In this document: positions 1 to 8,908 of the stretch, piece by piece
How the letters are laid out: the number at the start of each line of letters is the position of its first letter
How positions within the stretch are numbered: the first letter of the stretch is position 1
Origin: Kiritimatiellia bacterium
GTDB taxonomy: Bacteria > Verrucomicrobiota > Kiritimatiellia > RFP12 > UBA1067
Direction of reading: 5' to 3'
Length of the DNA: 64,000 nt
Assembly: GCA_050949565.1 (NCBI GenBank)
Contig: JBMNFY010000017.1
Location: forward strand, 96,001-160,000
Made by a program: the position numbers and the translations under genes
Notes under the pieces: model-generated
What the model was told of the DNA's origin: nothing
The model's input: only the letters and a program-made list of their open reading frames with translations
Databases searched by the model: none

Positions 1-40
1 CAACTGCTATCCCAAAAACCATGTGCTTAACTCTTTTCAT
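1..40 (-). CDS. 5' end of a gene running off the window (MKRVKHMVFGIAV...), probable secreted/membrane partner protein
   Basis: ATG at 40 preceded by GGAGGAG Shine-Dalgarno, 12 nt after the stop of 53..1039; basic then hydrophobic N-terminus. Confidence 0.6.
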   Translation of the reverse strand, partial: MKRVKHMVFGIAV

Positions 41-52
41 TGTACTCCTCCA

Positions 53-1039
53 TTAGTTGTCGTGCTTGGGGAAGCGATTCATCCCCTGTGTCCCGACCGG
101 GACAGAGCCGAACTTCCCTTCCTTGTCATACCCTTTGATTGGGCCAGCAGGAATGTCATTGCCGCCGGATGTCAACCCGAACATCAGGCACCGCTTGATC
201 ACCGTCGCCAGCGGCAACTCGCGCGGATAGTATTCCTGCGGCCCCGGCCCGTTGTTCCAATCGGCGGGCGACAAATGATCCCGCGAGAGCGGCATCGTCA
301 GCGGCGGCCGGTCGGGGCGGAAGGTATAGATATCTCTCCACCCGCACTGGTGCCCGATCTCATGCGCGAGGATATGCGCCGAAACCGTGTTGGTCATCAG
401 GAGGCCTTGATTGGGATAACTCCTTCCCGCAACGCCGGGCGCGATATTCGGAACGATATAGATTTCAAGCCCGCCCGTGTTAGTCATGACGTTGACGATT
501 TCTTGCTGAATATTTCTGATCTCCGAATTGAGGTACCAAGATATCTCATTCGTGTACGAAACGGAGGCCTGCGCAAAGCGGAGCCCCTCCTGGCGGTAGA
601 TGTCGTTGACACCGGTGATGAGGCCGGGGATGTCGGACGCCGATCCGGCGTGGTTACCGTTGTTATCGCAGATGAGCATGAAATGCAAGGCGATAGGATC
701 GGCATAGTCGTACACCTCGAAATTGAATTGCGGCGAGGAGCCGACGAAGTGCGCGACATTGGCGGTCAGCGTTTCCGTGCCCGGCGCGAGGCCGACCACG
801 ATCTGGGGCGCGGTGCTTTGCGGGCCGAAGGCGAGCGCGGCCTTGCCGTCGGCAACGGACCACTGCACATCCTCCGCCCTGACGTTCGATGAAAAGGTGA
901 TCTGGAAGGTTGCGGAGCCGCCGACGAAGAGACCGCTGGGATTAAGGCGGGGATGTCCACGCCGAGATCGCAGCCCGACATGAGCAGCCGATTGACGACG
1001 CCCTCCTGCTGTAGCCCGTTGTCCTAATCGTGAGGTCAC
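53..1039 (-). CDS. Orphan C-terminal zincin metallopeptidase module, paralogous to the C-terminal ~300 aa of 2296..5055
   Basis: AHEIGHQCGWRD (HExxH) and DWNNGPGPQEYY motifs, colinear with the larger protein from LNPSG onward; first ~31 codons non-homologous in this frame; GTG start overlaps the upstream stop (GTGA). Confidence 0.7.
   Translation of the reverse strand: MTSRLGQRATAGGRRQSAAHVGLRSRRGHPRLNPSGLFVGGSATFQITFSSNVRAEDVQWSVADGKAALAFGPQSTAPQIVVGLAPGTETLTANVAHFVGSSPQFNFEVYDYADPIALHFMLICDNNGNHAGSASDIPGLITGVNDIYRQEGLRFAQASVSYTNEISWYLNSEIRNIQQEIVNVMTNTGGLEIYIVPNIAPGVAGRSYPNQGLLMTNTVSAHILAHEIGHQCGWRDIYTFRPDRPPLTMPLSRDHLSPADWNNGPGPQEYYPRELPLATVIKRCLMFGLTSGGNDIPAGPIKGYDKEGKFGSVPVGTQGMNRFPKHDN
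946..1035 (-). pseudogene. Degenerate fragment of a third copy of the zincin C-terminus
   Basis: Reads PHD*DNG-LQQEGVVNRLLMSGCDLGVDIP versus PHDWNNG(PGPEEYYERE)LQQEGLVYRLLMSSSTLGMDIP in 2296..5055; DNA 950-1015 resembles 2396-2461. Confidence 0.7.
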
Positions 1040-2280
1040 TTCTTTGCTTCATCCTCCTTCGGTCTGCCGATTTGATTCAGAACATCGCGAAAGAACATCA
1101 CGTCGGTGGACGACTGCTTGGGCGAGCGGTCCGCTATTCGCACAGCAAACCGCTTCCGCTCTTCGCTGGTCTCCCAGACTGGATCAAGCGAACGCATAGC
1201 CGCATCAATCATGCGCGCACCAGAGCCGGGAATCCATGCCGCGTCGACCGCCTTGAGCAGGGCGTTTGTAGCCACCAGATCTGCACCGTACTGGAGGGCA
1301 GCCACGTAGTTGTACCATGCGACGCTGTTCTCGGGGCTAGGCTCGCTTTCGTGCACGAACACCTCGAAGCGATCAGCGACCATGCGGATGAAGTCGCGCT
1401 TCGGCATGTCGAAATCGATGAGTGCCGTACGGTAGGTGTTTTGGTACCATTCCGGCACCAGTTCTTCGGGCGGGTCTCCAGCCGCCGTTGAGTAGTCCGG
1501 CCAGAAAAAGTCAGGATGGCTCACAAATCTGTCGATATCCTTGTCCGTGGGGGGAAGGGGTAACCCCAGTTCGTCCGACAGCTTGGAGAAGTGACCGCCC
1601 GCCTCCCCGCCGGCGTCCCTGAAGCACAGGGCGAGGCGTTTCCTCCGGTTGGAGCTCTTCCATTTTGAATGTGCCTCCAACTGGGCTTTGTCCAGAACGG
1701 CGGCGCAGACCGCGTCGGTCTCGCTCTGCTCCGCATAGATCATGAAGTTCTCGATCCGATTGCATTCGCGGCTGGATAAGGATAAGACTTCTTCCCGTCT
1801 ACTGAAAAGCGAAGCGTACCATTCCGCCCGCGTTTCGGACGGCGTCCTCGCAACGACCGCCTCGGCCAGCCCCGACATGTCGGGCGGCCACGCATTGATG
1901 CACGCCAGCAACGTCTGGTAACGGAACGCGTTCCCCTCCCGGAACAGGGCTTCGGCGAGAACGTTGGTCACGTCGTACGTCCCGCCCCTCACCAGACGGT
2001 TCAGAACCTCCGCCACCCGGTTCGAGTCCCCGCCGTCCGGTTTGGACAGCTCGGACAGCAGTTGGTCGCCGAAATGCCGGACGGCTCCTCCCGGTGGCAA
2101 GCCGTGCGCCAATTCAAATGCGGCGTTGGTGCCGTCGAACGTGTCGTACGGACGCCACCACAGCAGGGCGTTACGGTTTTCGCGCCAGCCTTCCACAAGC
2201 CCGGAAGGCATCGGAAGCTGTTCCGCCCGCGCCGCGAATGCGGCCAGCAGAACAATCATAGCCATGTTTCTGGTCTTCAT
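1036..2280 (-). CDS. Secreted hypothetical protein (candidate immunity/partner)
   Basis: 414-aa ORF with signal peptide MKTRNMAMIVLLAAFAARA and AGGAG RBS, 15 nt downstream of the zincin gene. Confidence 0.75.
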   Translation of the reverse strand: MKTRNMAMIVLLAAFAARAEQLPMPSGLVEGWRENRNALLWWRPYDTFDGTNAAFELAHGLPPGGAVRHFGDQLLSELSKPDGGDSNRVAEVLNRLVRGGTYDVTNVLAEALFREGNAFRYQTLLACINAWPPDMSGLAEAVVARTPSETRAEWYASLFSRREEVLSLSSRECNRIENFMIYAEQSETDAVCAAVLDKAQLEAHSKWKSSNRRKRLALCFRDAGGEAGGHFSKLSDELGLPLPPTDKDIDRFVSHPDFFWPDYSTAAGDPPEELVPEWYQNTYRTALIDFDMPKRDFIRMVADRFEVFVHESEPSPENSVAWYNYVAALQYGADLVATNALLKAVDAAWIPGSGARMIDAAMRSLDPVWETSEERKRFAVRIADRSPKQSSTDVMFFRDVLNQIGRPKEDEAKK

Positions 2281-2295
2281 TCTTTATCTCCTTTT

Positions 2296-5055
2296 CTATT
2301 GGGAAACGGGGGTTCGCGTAACCATGTTGCGCTCCCCGACATCGGTCAGTTTCAACATGCCGTTGCTACCCGCCCGGCCATAGACCCGTCCGGATGGGAT
2401 GTCCATACCGAGCGTGCTACTCGACATGAGCAGACGATAGACGAGCCCCTCCTGCTGTAGCTCGCGCTCGTAGTACTCTTCCGGCCCCGGCCCATTATTC
2501 CAGTCGTGGGGCAACCGCGCCTGTGAAACGGGGCCACTCACACCCTTACCGTGAATGTCGTCCCACCCGCAAGCATGTCCTAGCTCATGTGCCACAACGC
2601 AGTCCGCCGTGTTACTCGCGATCAGGATGCCTTCCTCTGCCCAGTTGCCCAGCGCCCCGGTGGCCTGAACCATGCTCCACGGGCAGAAATAGACCTCCAC
2701 CCCGTCGTTCTGCTGGATCTGGGCACGAATCAGCTTGTTGGTGTAAAGGTAGTCCGGCGTGTCTCGAGGTTCGGAGGCGTAAAATCCTTGGTTCGTGATC
2801 CAGGTCACGGACGCGAGGCGGAAACCGATGCCGACCTGACGGAAAATGTTCGAGGCCAAGCCGATCTTGGTGTTCACGGCGTCCAGCGTGATGCTTGCCT
2901 CCCCGTTCGTGCTGCAGAGGATGCCGACGTGAATCGGAACCGGGGGGGACTCCTCAAAGATTTTGAAATCCAGTTTGGGTTCGGGGATGCCGCAACCGTT
3001 TTCTATCCTTACCTTGATTGACCCCTCGCCCGGCTGGTTGCCGCGCAGCACGATAGCCCCCCTGCCGGTCTCGACGGGGGGGCCCGACCAGACCGCCGCG
3101 TCGCCGATCTTTGTCCAACGTATATGGTCGCCGTCCACATTGTTGGAAAACTCGAACTTGAATCTCGCCTCGTCCCCGACGCGGAACCCGCTGGGATTGA
3201 CCATGAGCCAGTCCCCTTCGAAGCAGAAAAGACGGACCGGCTCGACAATGATCGTGATCACGCGCAGTTCGGTCTGCCGCGTGACGATCGCGCCCGTGAA
3301 TGTCAGGACCTTCGCCCTGATCTTGAAATTCGAAACCGTCCCGCGCGGCAGGACCGAGACCGAGAGGTCCCGTGTCACCTTGGACACCTCCTGCCCGTCC
3401 TTGAGAAAACACGGCCCGCTCCCGCTGATGCTCCACTCCAGCACCGTGTCCTCCCGGTGCCCGTGCCACGCGAACGCCACGGCATTGCTGCTGTGCGCGA
3501 GCGCGTAGGTCGGCGACACCGGTTCCGTGACGCTGAAGGGGCTGGCGATGAAGCGCCGGCCGTCCCAGGGGTCTGGTTCGTCGGGGGCGTCCGGCGTGGA
3601 CGGCTCGAACGTGCGCGTGACGGTTCTGTCGCCGATCTCTGCCGTGATCGACGGCGAACCGTTTGTTTCCACGCCCGCGCCCATCGGTGCGGGTGCCCCC
3701 TGGGCCTGCTGCGCGGGCGCGGGGAAGACCGCGTTCACCCATGTCTCCATGTTGCCGCTCTCCGGCGTGGCGGTCCCGCTGCTGACGGACCACTGCGGTT
3801 GCCCCGCGATCTCCTCGCCGTCGGGCACGAAGCTGGCCGACACGGAAAAGGACGCGCTGTTGTCCGGGCCGAGGCAGATGATGTCGGGGATGTCGAGATC
3901 GATGCCGGCCACGGTCATCTCCGTGCCGGGCGGACAGGCCGGGGCGTTGGTGGAGAGCGGGAACGTCACCGGGAACTCATTGGTGAAGCCGTGTATGAAC
4001 GTGGCGTTGTCATGGGTGATGCGCACCGTGCCCGTGCAGGGGACGGTGTTGCTGGGGTCGAGATCGACGACCGTCAGCGGGTAGCGATAGCCCGCCGCTA
4101 TGGCGTAAGAGCGTTCCTGCACCCCCGAGTGCGTGATATGCCCGACGGACACGCCCGCGCGGCGCGCGGCGCGCAGCCCGTCAACCCGCACGGAGAACAG
4201 GGCCGTGCCGTAGGCCGCCCAGTCCGCATGCGCAAGGAGGGGGTTCACGCCCGCGTCCGCCTCCTCGCCGTCAGGCCGCCCGTCATCATTGGAGTCTGGG
4301 TCGCCCGGATCGCAGCCCAGCGCGTACTCGTGGAAGTTGTCCAGCCCGTCTTCATCCGCGTCCAGGGCGTCGTCCGGCAGCCAGGGGCAGAGGAAGGGCC
4401 GGTGCGCCGCCTCCCAGGCGTCGGGCATGCCGTCGCCGTCTGTGTCCCGCCGCCGCGGGTGTGTCCTGTTCAGAAACTCTTCCAGCGCGGTCAGCCCGTC
4501 GCGGTCATGGTCGCTGGCGGCATCGGAAGGATCGAGCGGGTCAAGCCCGAAGATGCGCTCCCAAGCGTCGGGCATGCCGTCCATGTCCGTATCCGCCGGG
4601 CTGCGCCCCTCGGCGATCCACCAGCAGTTGGTGCCGTCCGCCAGCGTCGGGAGCGCGGGAGCGGGCGTGCCTGCCCCCGCAGGCATGGCGGCAGCGCCGC
4701 CAGACGTTTGGTTCGACGGGGCTGACGGCGCGGCAGCCGGGGCTCCCGCCGCCTGTCCTTCCTGCGTGGCCGACTGCTGGGCGGTGGCGGCGGGGTTGTT
4801 CGTCACGTCGCGGGGCTTCGTGCAGCGCCCGTCCCTCACACAGGTCAGCAGCAGACCCACCATGAGGATGCGCAACACGGGCGACCAAGACGCCCATGTC
4901 TCCCGCCGGTCTGCCCAGACCCCGCGGAACACGCCCCGCTCCCACATGTACACCACGAGGCACAGCGCGTACGCCGCCACAACCAAAATGCCCGGCAGTC
5001 CTATAAACGCCGTTCCGCCGACATCCGTTCCGCCGCAAAAAAGATTCCCATCCAT
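2296..5055 (-). CDS. Large membrane-anchored/secreted protein with Asp-rich calcium-binding (TSP3-like) repeats and C-terminal zincin domain
   Basis: N-terminal hydrophobic segments, Ala/Pro linker, DTDxDGMPDAWE repeats, AHELGHACGWDD; start moved to the ATG at 5055 (GGAG RBS). Confidence 0.8.
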   Translation of the reverse strand: MDGNLFCGGTDVGGTAFIGLPGILVVAAYALCLVVYMWERGVFRGVWADRRETWASWSPVLRILMVGLLLTCVRDGRCTKPRDVTNNPAATAQQSATQEGQAAGAPAAAPSAPSNQTSGGAAAMPAGAGTPAPALPTLADGTNCWWIAEGRSPADTDMDGMPDAWERIFGLDPLDPSDAASDHDRDGLTALEEFLNRTHPRRRDTDGDGMPDAWEAAHRPFLCPWLPDDALDADEDGLDNFHEYALGCDPGDPDSNDDGRPDGEEADAGVNPLLAHADWAAYGTALFSVRVDGLRAARRAGVSVGHITHSGVQERSYAIAAGYRYPLTVVDLDPSNTVPCTGTVRITHDNATFIHGFTNEFPVTFPLSTNAPACPPGTEMTVAGIDLDIPDIICLGPDNSASFSVSASFVPDGEEIAGQPQWSVSSGTATPESGNMETWVNAVFPAPAQQAQGAPAPMGAGVETNGSPSITAEIGDRTVTRTFEPSTPDAPDEPDPWDGRRFIASPFSVTEPVSPTYALAHSSNAVAFAWHGHREDTVLEWSISGSGPCFLKDGQEVSKVTRDLSVSVLPRGTVSNFKIRAKVLTFTGAIVTRQTELRVITIIVEPVRLFCFEGDWLMVNPSGFRVGDEARFKFEFSNNVDGDHIRWTKIGDAAVWSGPPVETGRGAIVLRGNQPGEGSIKVRIENGCGIPEPKLDFKIFEESPPVPIHVGILCSTNGEASITLDAVNTKIGLASNIFRQVGIGFRLASVTWITNQGFYASEPRDTPDYLYTNKLIRAQIQQNDGVEVYFCPWSMVQATGALGNWAEEGILIASNTADCVVAHELGHACGWDDIHGKGVSGPVSQARLPHDWNNGPGPEEYYERELQQEGLVYRLLMSSSTLGMDIPSGRVYGRAGSNGMLKLTDVGERNMVTRTPVSQ

Positions 5056-5734
5056 CGTGCCATCTCCCCGCCGCCCGTGCCGCACCGGGCTCCGCGCGCC
5101 CCCACAAAAAGGCGCGGACCCCAGCCTGTGCCTCATCTGAAGGCTACCGCCAAGCGCCCGTTACGGAAGCACGAGACAGGAGGCCGCGCCCGAGCGGCGC
5201 ACCTCCGAGCATTTCGCTTCTGCATTTGGATAAACTGGCGGTCTCTTCTGGGAAGCGTTAATGCGCGTAAGCGCAAAATCAAAATGTGCAGGACGGTCTC
5301 TAAGACATCCAGCCGCAATGCACGCGGCCTCTCACCTCTGGTCATATCTCGCTGTCATCGCGAGAACAACGACGTGCCGTACCCTCAGCACACATTACCC
5401 TGCATGAAATCGTGCCGTCAGCATACGCCTCACCGGCAGGTATTGTCAATTGTGTTTTTTCGCGTTTTTCACCACCCCCAAAAAACCTACGGTGTCTTTT
5501 CTATTTAACGGACCGTAGCGGGGAAAAACTGCCAATCGCCAAACGGTCAAGCCGTCTGGCAAGACAAGCTCGTAGCCCTGTCACCGGCGAAATGATGGAT
5601 AATTGAAACGCTTGTCTCGACACTGTTATCGGCAAGGAGTTACTGGCGTTTTGAGTGGCATCTGCCGCATGAAAAATGCAATCATAAGAACTGGATGTTA
5701 CTCGGTGTGGGCCAAGCAGAAGGGAAGACATCAA

Positions 5735-7588
5735 ATGCAGAAAATCTGGATGAGTACGTTGCGGCATTTGACAGTGTGCGGATGCGTCTGGATGGCCGGG
5801 AGTTACGGCTGGGGCGACGCCAACAAGCAACCGGGCGCAACCAAGTCCATCGCTGATTGTCGGTTGGTGACTCAATTCGATGGCGTCGATCTGGCGGAAA
5901 TCGGATGCGAAAAGTTGTTGGCGGACGCCATACGGGCGGGAGCGGAAGCCATTCAGATCGAGCGGTGTGAGTTTCATCTCGATGGCGCGGCGCGGACGAA
6001 TGCGCTCGCAAAGCTTGCCAAGGAAATACGCTTCTTCGAGAAGGCGGGCTTCCCGGTGGCGGTTTGGACCACAACGCTGGGTTACGGCAACATGACAAAT
6101 CCAGACTTTCTGCGGCGCTTCCCGAACTATCGCCCGTTGCGTGCGCTGGAAGGAAACACAGCGGCGGTCTGTGCCACGGATGTCGCCTGCCGTGAGGCGA
6201 TTGCCGAGAATGTGCGTGACTTCATTCGGGCGGGGGCGAAAGTCATTCTCCTCGACGACGATCTCGTTCAAGCGTGCCGTCCCGGTATCTGCTGCGTGTG
6301 CGACGAGCATCTACGGCGCATCGCGGCCCGGCTCGGTGCCACGTCCGTCACAGCAGAACAAATTCGTGATGCCTACGCGGGCGCGCCCAACCCGCTCCGC
6401 ACGGCCTGTGTCGACGTCATGGGAGAGACACTCATGGAGTACGCTCAGGCGATGCGGGCGGCGGCAGATGAGATCGATCCGTCCGTGATGATCGCGACCT
6501 GTCTGAGCGTTTCGCAGTATGACCTCGACGGTGTTGACGTACCGGCACTCGTCCGCCTGCTCGCTGGCAAGGGAACTGACCGTCAGTTCGTGCGCCTGAC
6601 CGGTGCCACATACTGGGTGCGTCATCCCCACAACCTGCGCAATTGGGGACAGGGACTCGGCGGCATCGTTGAGTTCTTGCGGTGGCAGTCCGCGTTGCTC
6701 CATGCCTGTGACATCGTACCGCTGGACGAGAATGATCCTTACCCGCGCGATGTGGGCGTCGTCCCCGAGCAATTATGCGAAGCATACGACCGCGCAGTGA
6801 TTGCCGAAGGGGGCATCGTCCGGAACAAGTACATGATGCGCCACAACGTCAAGACGAACAAGGGCATTGATCCAGAATACCTCGCTGCCCATCTGGCGGG
6901 ACAGGACGAAGCCAAGCGGATCGCCGCGACATTCAAGGATGCCTCCCCTATTGGATTTGAGATATTTGCGCCGCCTCGTCTCGTGCGCGACGCCATCCTG
7001 CCTCAGCCGTATGCCGGCAAACGTGCGCTGGTCAAATTCTTTTCTCATCCGATGGCAGGTGCTTTGCTTGCGTCCAACGGTGCGCCAACGCGCTATGACC
7101 GTGATTCTGGCGCACCGCTGGCAGCGTTTGGACCCGCAGCCGCAACACTGCCGGATGCGTGGTTGACGCGCGGCGTACTGCTCGACCGTGACGGCGCGCA
7201 GACTCTCCAAAAGCGCGGCGTTGATGTGGGGTTGCTCGCGGCGGATGCCCGGAATATCGACGGCTGGCGTCTCTACCAGAATGCGAAGGGCGAGAAGTTC
7301 GCCGTTTCTGAAAAAAGCTGGTACGAGCTTGATTGCAGCGAAGAGACACCGACGGCGGTACCGGTCCGCGAAATTTGGCGCTTCTTCACCGGACAGGAAA
7401 TCCCGATCCGCCTCACAGGCGCGCGCGGCGTGCACCTTTTGGCGAAGCGCCGTCCAGACGGGGCGCTGGCTGTCCTTGTGAACAACATGCGCGAGACAAC
7501 CGCAGGACCGTTTGATATTTTTGTCTCCGGCAAGCCGCGTTCGATGACGTTGAAGGGGTATGGATATGGCGTGGCGGTGGAAAGATAA
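5735..7588 (+). CDS. Secreted hypothetical protein, possibly glycoside-hydrolase-like barrel
   Basis: Long ORF with signal-like N-terminus, ILLDDD and CCVCDEH motifs; family not recognised with certainty. Confidence 0.55.
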   Translation: MQKIWMSTLRHLTVCGCVWMAGSYGWGDANKQPGATKSIADCRLVTQFDGVDLAEIGCEKLLADAIRAGAEAIQIERCEFHLDGAARTNALAKLAKEIRFFEKAGFPVAVWTTTLGYGNMTNPDFLRRFPNYRPLRALEGNTAAVCATDVACREAIAENVRDFIRAGAKVILLDDDLVQACRPGICCVCDEHLRRIAARLGATSVTAEQIRDAYAGAPNPLRTACVDVMGETLMEYAQAMRAAADEIDPSVMIATCLSVSQYDLDGVDVPALVRLLAGKGTDRQFVRLTGATYWVRHPHNLRNWGQGLGGIVEFLRWQSALLHACDIVPLDENDPYPRDVGVVPEQLCEAYDRAVIAEGGIVRNKYMMRHNVKTNKGIDPEYLAAHLAGQDEAKRIAATFKDASPIGFEIFAPPRLVRDAILPQPYAGKRALVKFFSHPMAGALLASNGAPTRYDRDSGAPLAAFGPAAATLPDAWLTRGVLLDRDGAQTLQKRGVDVGLLAADARNIDGWRLYQNAKGEKFAVSEKSWYELDCSEETPTAVPVREIWRFFTGQEIPIRLTGARGVHLLAKRRPDGALAVLVNNMRETTAGPFDIFVSGKPRSMTLKGYGYGVAVER

Positions 7589-7855
7589 AGAAGACAGTCA
7601 TGCCGATCGGTGTAAGCGTGGCGGCGACTACATACGTCAAAAAGAGGTACAAATGAAAAATAGTTCGCGCCGTCCAAATTTCGTGTTTCACGGTTGAGTA
7701 TTGAAAACTAGAGCATGCCGATCCCGATTTCGACACCGATTGCCCCAGAAACACCCAATTCCACCCAGAACGCATAATACGAAATTATCCCTGTGGCATG
7801 GGGTGGCTCAGGTGTGCTAGTATTATCGCGGATTTAACCCGAAGGGAGGATATGT

Positions 7856-8908
7856 ATGGCTGAAAATCAAGGTAACACTCGTAAAGGGCGCGGATGTGGA
7901 TTCGGTTGCGCGCTGATTGTCATTCTGTTTGTCGGTCTCGGCGTATTGACCGCGCTGGCGCTGGCGGGAAGCCTAGGCGCTCTTTCGGCGCGAAAAGGCT
8001 CTCCTCTGGACAGCCTGATGCGACCGTACAACACCGCCTATGGTGTGGGCGAGGACGAAGCTCCAGACATGATCGAACGCTGGTCGTCCGGCGCGGGCGA
8101 TTTGAAGGTCGTGCGTGTGCCGGTCAACGGTATGATCATGTTGGGTGATTCGGCATGGTATGCCGGCAACGCCAACACGGTGTTGCGCTCGATCCGCCGC
8201 GCAACGCACGACCCCGAGGTGCGGGGGCTTCTGCTGGAGATCAACAGCGGTGGCGGCGGCATCACGGACAGCGACATTATCTACAAGGCACTGCTGGATT
8301 TCAAAAAAGCCCAGGAAGGACGTTACATCGTGTCGTTGATGGGCGATGTGGCCGCGTCGGGCGCGTATTACATCGCGCTGGCGTCCGACCGGATTTTGGC
8401 GCATCCGACGACGCTGACCGGTTCGATCGGCGTGATCATGCAGTCGTACAACTTCAAAGACCTGGCGGCGAAGTTGGGCGTTCAGGACGTGACGATCAAG
8501 TCCGGCGCCAACAAGGATCTTTTGAATCCGTTTCATGAGGTCAAGCCTGAGCAAAAGGAGCTGCTGCAAAAGGTGATCGCGGCGATGCACGAGCGCTTTG
8601 TGGGGTTGGTGGCTGAAAACCGCAAGTTGCCGAAAGAGACTGTGGCACCGCTCGCAGACGGACGTGTGTTTCTGGCCGCCGAAGCGGTGCAGCATAAATT
8701 GATCGACGCAATCGGCTACAATACGGATGCGCAGGCGGCGATGGCGGAACTGCTGAACACCAAGGCGATCAAGGTGATTCGGTATGAAGAGCATGTGACC
8801 CTGCGCGACATCTTTTCGCCCCGTCCCGGGATCGGGGTGGATACGGGATGGCGGCAATGGCTCATGGAAGCGACGGAACGCCGGTTGCTGTACCACTGGT
8901 CATGGTAG
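7856..8908 (+). CDS. sppA: Signal peptide peptidase A (S49)
   Basis: INSGGG, DVAASGAYYIA, TGSIGV and KSGANKD motifs; N-terminal TM helix. Confidence 0.93.
   Translation: MAENQGNTRKGRGCGFGCALIVILFVGLGVLTALALAGSLGALSARKGSPLDSLMRPYNTAYGVGEDEAPDMIERWSSGAGDLKVVRVPVNGMIMLGDSAWYAGNANTVLRSIRRATHDPEVRGLLLEINSGGGGITDSDIIYKALLDFKKAQEGRYIVSLMGDVAASGAYYIALASDRILAHPTTLTGSIGVIMQSYNFKDLAAKLGVQDVTIKSGANKDLLNPFHEVKPEQKELLQKVIAAMHERFVGLVAENRKLPKETVAPLADGRVFLAAEAVQHKLIDAIGYNTDAQAAMAELLNTKAIKVIRYEEHVTLRDIFSPRPGIGVDTGWRQWLMEATERRLLYHWSW

Noticed and set aside
5056-5734. ncRNA or small gene in the long divergent spacer
   Set aside because: No recognisable RNA motif or convincing ORF; probably promoters and leaders.
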